Assembly (NCBI GenBank): GCA_002418265.1 | Contig: DIDS01000032.1 | Span: 76,396-140,395 of the forward strand | DNA: 64,000 bases | Origin: Acidimicrobiia bacterium UBA5794 | GTDB taxonomy: Bacteria; Actinomycetota; Acidimicrobiia; Spongiisociales; UBA5794 | Reading direction: 5' to 3' | Shown here: positions 58,218 to 64,000 of the stretch, piece by piece | Layout: each line of letters opens with the position of its first letter | Position numbering within the stretch: the stretch's first letter is position 1 | The notes under the pieces: generated by a model | Database searches by the model: none | Told to the model about the DNA's origin: nothing | The model's input: the letters and a program-made list of their open reading frames with translations, nothing else | Program-made: the position numbers and the translations under genes

Positions 58218-58969
58218 ACCCGATCGTTGAGGCGGTTTCCGGTCTCAAGAAGGCAGAGCGCCTCGGGGCGATGATCTCGGTCATTGACGGTCCCGGGATT
58301 GGTGAGGCAGTCGTCATCGATCGCGATGACGGCATCGTCACAGGAGAGACCCCTGGTTGGTTCAGCGATGCCGTTCATGCCGATGCCACTGTGCTGATGG
58401 ATTCCGAGGAGAGCAAGGCGCTCGTCTACGACGACAGACGCATCTTCATCGACGTGATCGCCCCATCGCCGGTCATGATGATCTTTGGGGCTGGTCATAT
58501 TGCTCAGCCGCTGTCGCTCTTCGCTCGCGAGCTCGGATTCCGTGTCGTCGTGGCAGATGCACGAGCGGCATGGGCGACACCCGAGCGCTTTCCACACGTC
58601 GATGACCTGATCGTGGCGTGGCCGAACACGGTTTTCGAAACAGTCGTCCCTGACCGAAGAACCTACGTCGTGTTGTTGAGTCATGACAGCCGGTTCGAGA
58701 TCCCGGTCTTCGACGCAATCCACGGTGTTCCCGTTCGCTACCTTGGCGCAATGGGTTCACGACGCACCCATGGGCTCAGAGTGGACCGCCTCAAGGCAGC
58801 GGGATGGACCGAGGACGAGGTTGCTGCGATCCATGGTCCGATCGGTCTTGACCTCAAGGCCAAGACGCCGGCCGAGACGGCCATATCCATCCTTGCCGAG
58901 ATCATCCAGGTTCGATACGGCACGGGCTCCGCTGCTCCATTACGAGGTTCTGATGCCCCGGTTCATTGA
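58211..58969 (+). CDS. xdhC: XdhC/CoxI-family C-terminal Rossmann domain (split ORF)
   Basis: 252 aa. [11 protein letters not shown] Rossmann-like block and the XdhC C-domain. Confidence 0.6.
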   Translation: MVNPIVEAVSGLKKAERLGAMISVIDGPGIGEAVVIDRDDGIVTGETPGWFSDAVHADATVLMDSEESKALVYDDRRIFIDVIAPSPVMMIFGAGHIAQPLSLFARELGFRVVVADARAAWATPERFPHVDDLIVAWPNTVFETVVPDRRTYVVLLSHDSRFEIPVFDAIHGVPVRYLGAMGSRRTHGLRVDRLKAAGWTEDEVAAIHGPIGLDLKAKTPAETAISILAEIIQVRYGTGSAAPLRGSDAPVH

Positions 58970-58987
58970 CGAGCGAACGAAACGATC

Positions 58988-59560
58988 ATGAAGATCAATG
59001 AGGGATTCGTCGTCGAACGGCCGATCGCGGAAATGTGGCCGCTGTTCAAGGATGTCCCGGAACTGGCCCGATGTCTTCCCGGTGCTGAACTGACCGCGGA
59101 CCACGGAGACGGAAGCTATGACGGGAAGGTTTCCGTCAAGCTTGGCCCGATTGCCACTTCCTTCGAGGGGAAGGCAACGGTTGATTTCGATGAATCTGCC
59201 CACACCGCCAAGATCAAGGGCAGAGGCGTCGACAGATCCGGCGGCAGCCAGGGTCAGGTGATGGTCGATATCGCGTTGGATGAGAACGAGGAGCACCACA
59301 CCGCGGTGTCAATCGATGCGGAAGTGACGCTCGTCGGTCCGATCGCGCAGTTCGGAAGTACCGGGTTGGTGAGCGAGGTGTCCCGACGACTCATCGATGA
59401 ATTCTCCCAATGCGTGCACGCAAAGCTTGATGCCGAGACAGCGGAAGAGGCTGCTGCGGTGACCGCTGGTCAAGTCAAGGGGTTCTCACTCGTCGTTGCG
59501 AGCACCTGGAGTTCTCTCATCGGATGGCTCAAGCGCGTGTTTTCTCGTCGCCGTTCGTAG
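58988..59560 (+). CDS. coxG: CoxG-like SRPBCC protein
   Basis: 190 aa. CoxG pattern MKINEGFVVERPIAEMWPLFKDVPELARCLPGAEL. Confidence 0.75.
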   Translation: MKINEGFVVERPIAEMWPLFKDVPELARCLPGAELTADHGDGSYDGKVSVKLGPIATSFEGKATVDFDESAHTAKIKGRGVDRSGGSQGQVMVDIALDENEEHHTAVSIDAEVTLVGPIAQFGSTGLVSEVSRRLIDEFSQCVHAKLDAETAEEAAAVTAGQVKGFSLVVASTWSSLIGWLKRVFSRRRS

Positions 59561-59677
59561 TCGTTGAAGACTGCTCATCGTTGCACCTGCACACCGCTCT
59601 CGTTTGGCGTATCGTGGGGTCTGGCAGGGTCTGCGGCTCTGCCAAAGGTGGTTTCGATCGATTCGGAGGTTTGTGTC

Positions 59678-60178
59678 GTGGAAGTCAGCATTACCGTCAA
59701 CGGGGCGAAGCACAGTTCGGAAGTCGAACCCCGCCTCCTGCTTGTCCACTATCTCCGAGAGGTTCTTGGACTCACCGGAACGCATGTCGGCTGTGACACT
59801 GGCTACTGCGGCGCCTGCACCGTCATCGTCGACGGTATCCCGATCAAGTCGTGTTCGATGCTGACCGTTCAGGCTGACGGCTGCGAGGTTCGCACCGTTG
59901 AAGGCGTTGCAAACGGTCCCGAGCTCCACCCGGTCCAAGAGGGGTTCTGGGAGTGTCACGGGCTGCAATGCGGATTCTGCACCCCTGGCATGATCATGAG
60001 TTCCGTGGCGCTGCTTGAAAGGAACGCCAACCCTTCCGAAACCGAGATCAGACAGGGAATTGAGGGCAATCTCTGTCGCTGCACCGGCTATCACAACATT
60101 GTCAAGTCTGTCCAATATGCCGGGGCGAAGATGCGTGGTGAAGATCCGAAAGGTGCATCATCGGAGGTGGCATCGTGA
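59678..60178 (+). CDS. coxS: molybdenum hydroxylase small [2Fe-2S] subunit
   Basis: 166 aa from GTG preceded by [16 protein letters not shown] and [13 protein letters not shown] iron-sulfur motifs. The annotated longer ORF from 59564 is probably not used. Confidence 0.85.
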   Translation: MEVSITVNGAKHSSEVEPRLLLVHYLREVLGLTGTHVGCDTGYCGACTVIVDGIPIKSCSMLTVQADGCEVRTVEGVANGPELHPVQEGFWECHGLQCGFCTPGMIMSSVALLERNANPSETEIRQGIEGNLCRCTGYHNIVKSVQYAGAKMRGEDPKGASSEVAS

Positions 60179-62550
60179 CCAGCACAAGCGTGATGGGCGG
60201 CATTGTCCGTCGCAAGGAAGATCCATCTCTCATCCAGGGAAAAGGTGCCTATGTGGACGACGTCAAGAGGACCGGCGAACTCGCTGCGGTCTTTGTGCGC
60301 AGTCCCTTCGCTGCTGCGACCATCACCAGTATCGATATCGAGGCCGCCAAAGCAGCCCCCGGTGTACACGCCGTCTACACCGCAGACGATGTCCGGCACC
60401 TCGGACCGAATCCTGCACAGGTTGCCGTCGGCACGCTTCGTCCTCTCCTGGCTGACGGAGCGGTCAAACATGTCGGTGAAGCGGTGGCGATGGTGGTTGC
60501 CGAGAACCGATATCTCGCACAAGACGCCGCCGACCTCGTCTTTGTCGATTACGAACCCGGTGAGGTAGTCGTTGATCTAAAGGATGCCTTTGCCGACAAG
60601 GTCAAGGTGCATGGCGATGCCTCCAACATCCTCCTGACATGGCACGGGCACGGTTGGTGGGAGGGCGTGATTGACCTCCCCGATCCTTCCCCCGGCATTC
60701 AGGAGGCCAAGGAACGCGACGACACCGTCACGGTCAGCCTCGAGATGGTCAACCAGCGGCTCCTCCCCACGGCGATTGAGCCTCGCGCGGTACTCGCAGA
60801 TTGGAACAGCGGCTACGGATCGGTTGAACTGTGGTCGAGCTCCCAGATTCCCCATGCTGTCGCGGGCGCTGTCGGCGTGACGTTTGGGATTCCATCGAAC
60901 AAGGTCAGGGTCGTGGCACCCGAGGTTGGCGGTGGCTTTGGCGTCAAGCTCAACGTCTATCCCGATGAGATCCTCGTGTGCTTTGCATCCAAGGAGCTTG
61001 GTCGGCCGGTGCGCTGGACCGAGACCCGGCGTGAGGCTGGATTTGCATCCACCCAGGGACGCGGCTGGGTCGGTACCGCAACGATCACCGGAACCGCCGA
61101 TGGAAAAATCCTTGGATACGAGCTTGAAGCGATCTGTGACATGGGTGCCTATTCGCACAACTTCACCGTGGCGGTCCCGCTGCTCGGGCTGTTCATCGCC
61201 GGAGGTCAATACAACTTCCCAACGTCCTATGCACTCCACTGCGTCGTAACCAACACCCAGACCACCGATGCCTATCGAGGTGCGGGGAGACCAGAAGCTG
61301 CTTACTACCTCGAACGGATCGTCGATCATTTCGCTCGAGAGATCGGGATGGATCCGGCCGATGTTCGCAAAGCGAATTATTGGAAGCCCGAGGACTTCCC
61401 CGTACAGACAGCCATCGGGCTCACGATGGACAGCGGCGACTACGAGAAGAACCTTGATGCGCTGCTTGATCGTGTCGGATACGAGGACCTCAAGGCGAAA
61501 CGAGACGCTGCCCGTGCCGAAGGCAGACTGCTGGGGCTTGGGCTGAGCACATACGTCGAGGTGTGTGGATTTGGCCCCTCTGCTCTTGCGGGACTCGGAT
61601 TCTCATGGGGTGCGTACGGTCTACCAACCGCGTTCAACGGGTCTGGTGTGGTCCGAGTCCAGCCAGATGGCACGTGTACGGTCACGATCGGGACCGGACC
61701 GAGCGGTCAGGGACACGAGACGACATGGGCACAGATTGTGTCGGACGGGCTTGGAATCGCAATGGACAACATCGAGGTCCACCATGGCGACTCAGTCGAC
61801 TTGCCGATGGGTATCGGCACCTTCGGTTCACGATCCATCGCGGTTGACGGAACCGCGACATTCGAAGCCACAGCACGGGTCAGGAAGAAGGCTGCAATCA
61901 TTGCGGGCCATCTGCTTGAGGCTGCACCCGAAGACATCCAATTCGCAGATGGCCGTGCGCACGTTGCTGGCTCTCCCGACCGGGCAGTTGAATGGGGACA
62001 GATCGCAGAGTCGGCGTATCAGCCACACACGTTGCCAGAGGGCGTCGAGGGTGGCCTTGAGTCTTCGGTTGTGTTCAGTCCTCCGAACGCCACATGGCCC
62101 TTCGGTTCACACATGGCACTCGTTGAGGTCGACCCGGAGACGGGTGACGTCGATCTCCTTGAGTATTGGGCCACGGACGATTGTGGCAATGTCATCAACC
62201 CGATGATCGTTGACGGACAGCTCCATGGTGGTATTGCTCAAGGTATCGCCCAGGCGCTCTATGAAGAAGCCATCTACGACGACATGGGCAACCTGCTCAC
62301 GAGTTCGATGGCCAACTACACCCTGCCTGTATCGACGAGTCTGCCCTTGTTCAGTCTCGACCGAACGGTCACGCCGACGGATGTGAACCCCCTTGGTGTG
62401 AAAGGTGTTGGCGAGGCTGGAACAATCGGTTCGGCACAGACCATCGTCAACGCGGTAGTGGACGCCGTGGCACATCTCGGCGTCAGACACATCGACATGC
62501 CTTTGAGACCCAAGCGGGTGTGGCAGGCGATTCAGGATGCAAAGGAGTAG
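60175..62550 (+). CDS. coxL: molybdenum hydroxylase large subunit, form II (AYRGAGR) CoxL-like
   Basis: 791 aa. Active-site loop [12 protein letters not shown] (form II, not the form I VAYRCSFR of bona fide CO dehydrogenase). MoCo-binding blocks. Confidence 0.85.
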   Translation: MTSTSVMGGIVRRKEDPSLIQGKGAYVDDVKRTGELAAVFVRSPFAAATITSIDIEAAKAAPGVHAVYTADDVRHLGPNPAQVAVGTLRPLLADGAVKHVGEAVAMVVAENRYLAQDAADLVFVDYEPGEVVVDLKDAFADKVKVHGDASNILLTWHGHGWWEGVIDLPDPSPGIQEAKERDDTVTVSLEMVNQRLLPTAIEPRAVLADWNSGYGSVELWSSSQIPHAVAGAVGVTFGIPSNKVRVVAPEVGGGFGVKLNVYPDEILVCFASKELGRPVRWTETRREAGFASTQGRGWVGTATITGTADGKILGYELEAICDMGAYSHNFTVAVPLLGLFIAGGQYNFPTSYALHCVVTNTQTTDAYRGAGRPEAAYYLERIVDHFAREIGMDPADVRKANYWKPEDFPVQTAIGLTMDSGDYEKNLDALLDRVGYEDLKAKRDAARAEGRLLGLGLSTYVEVCGFGPSALAGLGFSWGAYGLPTAFNGSGVVRVQPDGTCTVTIGTGPSGQGHETTWAQIVSDGLGIAMDNIEVHHGDSVDLPMGIGTFGSRSIAVDGTATFEATARVRKKAAIIAGHLLEAAPEDIQFADGRAHVAGSPDRAVEWGQIAESAYQPHTLPEGVEGGLESSVVFSPPNATWPFGSHMALVEVDPETGDVDLLEYWATDDCGNVINPMIVDGQLHGGIAQGIAQALYEEAIYDDMGNLLTSSMANYTLPVSTSLPLFSLDRTVTPTDVNPLGVKGVGEAGTIGSAQTIVNAVVDAVAHLGVRHIDMPLRPKRVWQAIQDAKE

Positions 62551-62552
62551 CC

Positions 62553-63401
62553 ATGTACCCACCAAACTTTGACTACGTCGCTCCGACATCGCTCGATGAG
62601 GCGCTTGCCGCGCTCGCCGGTGCGGAGAATACCAAGGTTCTCAGCGGCGGCATGAGCCTGATTCCCCTCATGAAGATGCGATTCGTTCGCCCGACCACGG
62701 TCGTCGACATTTCCCGGATTCCAGGTTTGGATGACGTGACCGACGACGGCGACCACATCACGATCGGTGCAATGGTGCGTCACGCCACAACGGCATCACA
62801 CCCATTGGTCCAAGAGCACGCGTCGGCACTTGCCGAGGCAGCGAACGGAACCGCTGATCTCTTGGTGCGCAATCGAGGTACCACGTGTGGATCGTTGGCG
62901 CTCAACGCTGTTGCAGCAGATCAGCCTGGGGCAGCGCTCGCGCTCAACGCGACAATGCACGCAGCGTCAGTGCGCGGGACCCGTGAGATCGCAGCTGCCG
63001 ACTTCTTTCTGGACGCCATGACGTCCGCCCTTGCACCAGACGAGATCTTGACCAAGATCACGATCCCCAAAGGTGGCGTGTCCACCTATCGGAAGCTCGG
63101 TCGCAGGGGAGGTAGTTCCGACTACCCCATCGCCGCGGCCGCTGTGTGGGTTGACGTATCGGATGGGTCGGTTTCAGATGCCCGAATAGCTTTGAACGGG
63201 GTGTCATCGACGCCGTACCTTGCCGTCGGCAGCGCTGAGGCACTTGTTGGGTCCGACGGATCCGCGGACGCGATTGCTTCGGCCGCCTCCCATGCAACTG
63301 ATGGAGTCAACGTGCTCGAGGATCTCTACGCGACGGTTGCGTTTCGTACCCATCTTGCCGGTGTGTACGTTCGCAGGGCACTTGAGGATGTTCTCGCGTA
63401 A
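62553..63401 (+). CDS. coxM: molybdenum hydroxylase FAD-binding medium subunit
   Basis: 282 aa from MYPPNFDYVAP. FAD-binding blocks VLSGGMSLIPLMK and CGSLALNA. Confidence 0.85.
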   Translation: MYPPNFDYVAPTSLDEALAALAGAENTKVLSGGMSLIPLMKMRFVRPTTVVDISRIPGLDDVTDDGDHITIGAMVRHATTASHPLVQEHASALAEAANGTADLLVRNRGTTCGSLALNAVAADQPGAALALNATMHAASVRGTREIAAADFFLDAMTSALAPDEILTKITIPKGGVSTYRKLGRRGGSSDYPIAAAAVWVDVSDGSVSDARIALNGVSSTPYLAVGSAEALVGSDGSADAIASAASHATDGVNVLEDLYATVAFRTHLAGVYVRRALEDVLA

Positions 63402-63415
63402 AGGGGACTGACTCC

Positions 63416-64000
63416 ATGTCCGCTGAAAACCCGCGCGTCGCTGGGATCGTGCTGGCTGCTGGCGAGGCCACGCGCATGGGCGAGCCCAAGGTGACGCTTC
63501 CCTACGGAGGGTCGACCATTGTCGAAGCTGTCGTGTCTGTCGCATCAGCCGCTCGCCTTGAACCAATCATCGTCGTAACAGGCTTCTATCACGAGGCGGT
63601 GACAGCGGTGATCGGGGATACTGCCACGGTCGTCCACAATCCGGATGCGGCATCTGGCAATCTGTCGTCGCTCAGAGTCGGGGTATCGGCAGCCGGTGAC
63701 GTCGATGCCGCGGTGATCTTGCTTGGCGATATGCCCGAAATCGAATCGGAAACCGTGCAGCAACTTGCGCACCAGGTGGTGTCATCAGGTGCCGTTGGCG
63801 GATGGGTGCGGTACCGCGGCGACCAACACGACGGAGATACCCGCGGGGGAGATGACCGCGGGGAAGATGACCGCGGGGAAGATGACCGCGGGGAAGATGA
63901 AATGGGGCATCCGATGGTGCTGTCCCGACACGGTCTGGCCGGTTTTTCCGCTCTCACCGGGAGAAGGCCGGTGTGGCGCTACCTGACCAGCCTTGACTCA
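63416..64000 (+). CDS. MocA/MobA-like molybdenum cofactor nucleotidyltransferase (runs off window end)
   Basis: N-terminal AGIVLAAGEATRMGEPK and ILLGDMPEI blocks. Contains an in-frame acidic pentapeptide repeat insertion encoded by 63833..63907. Confidence 0.7.
   Translation, partial: MSAENPRVAGIVLAAGEATRMGEPKVTLPYGGSTIVEAVVSVASAARLEPIIVVTGFYHEAVTAVIGDTATVVHNPDAASGNLSSLRVGVSAAGDVDAAVILLGDMPEIESETVQQLAHQVVSSGAVGGWVRYRGDQHDGDTRGGDDRGEDDRGEDDRGEDEMGHPMVLSRHGLAGFSALTGRRPVWRYLTSLDS
63833..63907 (+). repeat. 15-nt tandem repeat x5 (GGAGATGACCGCGGG-type) inside the mocA-like gene
   Basis: ggagatacccgcggg / ggagatgaccgcggg / gaagatgaccgcggg x2 / gaagatgaaatgggg. Encodes GDTRG-GDDRG-EDDRG-EDDRG-EDEMG. 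Confidence 0.85.

Noticed and set aside
59564-59677. N-terminal 38-aa extension of coxS from the annotated ATG
   Set aside because: The CoxS family normally starts right at the V/I-x-V-N-G strand. A GTG with a GGAGG 8 nt upstream at 59678 fits better.

Overview
This window is a high-GC, actinobacterial-type chromosomal region dominated by respiratory-chain genes. The actinobacterial assignment rests on the DUF222+HNH (13E12-like) protein, Rex and a DUF4389 protein.

Main contents, in order:
- A left flank (348..8910) of housekeeping and accessory genes: Asparaginase_II-family asparaginase, M23 peptidase, a MoaD-like protein fused to a polytopic membrane domain, PPK2, a SAM hydroxide adenosyltransferase (DUF62) and the DUF222-HNH protein.
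- A geranylgeranyl (menaquinone) reductase gene (8953..10185) flanked by inverted heptanucleotide tandem repeats.
- A divergently transcribed pair of haem-protein modules (10247..19492). One arm encodes a polytopic membrane protein fused to a CcoO-like monohaem domain plus a repeat-bearing cytochrome c. The other arm encodes a ferredoxin, a split cytochrome b (b6 + subunit IV), a Rieske protein and a large dihaem cytochrome c. This is a b6c-type complex III rather than the usual actinobacterial unsplit QcrCAB.
- The redox sensor rex (19548..20168), convergent on that operon, then a complete 14-gene nuoA-N complex I operon (20258..35090).
- A beta-helical (bactofilin-like) membrane protein (35062..36366), an Fe(III)-type ABC importer (36289..39939) and an alkaline-phosphatase-family gene (40053..41159).
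- A second, 11-gene nuo operon (nuoABCDHIJKLMN, no nuoEFG) at 41306..51530.
- A small stress-type island at 51592..55131 (Usp, glycine-zipper protein, tandem DUF4389 protein).
- A form-II (AYRGAGR) aerobic CO-dehydrogenase/molybdenum-hydroxylase cluster with its maturation genes (55433..>64000): DsrE-like, coxD, coxE, xdhC (split), coxG, coxS, coxL, coxM, mocA-like.

Most interesting: the two divergent respiratory modules that share a ~45-aa cytoplasmic repeat motif, including a CcoN/CcoO-like fusion that lacks histidine ligands.

All calls are from reading the sequence and ORF translations; no database searches were run.
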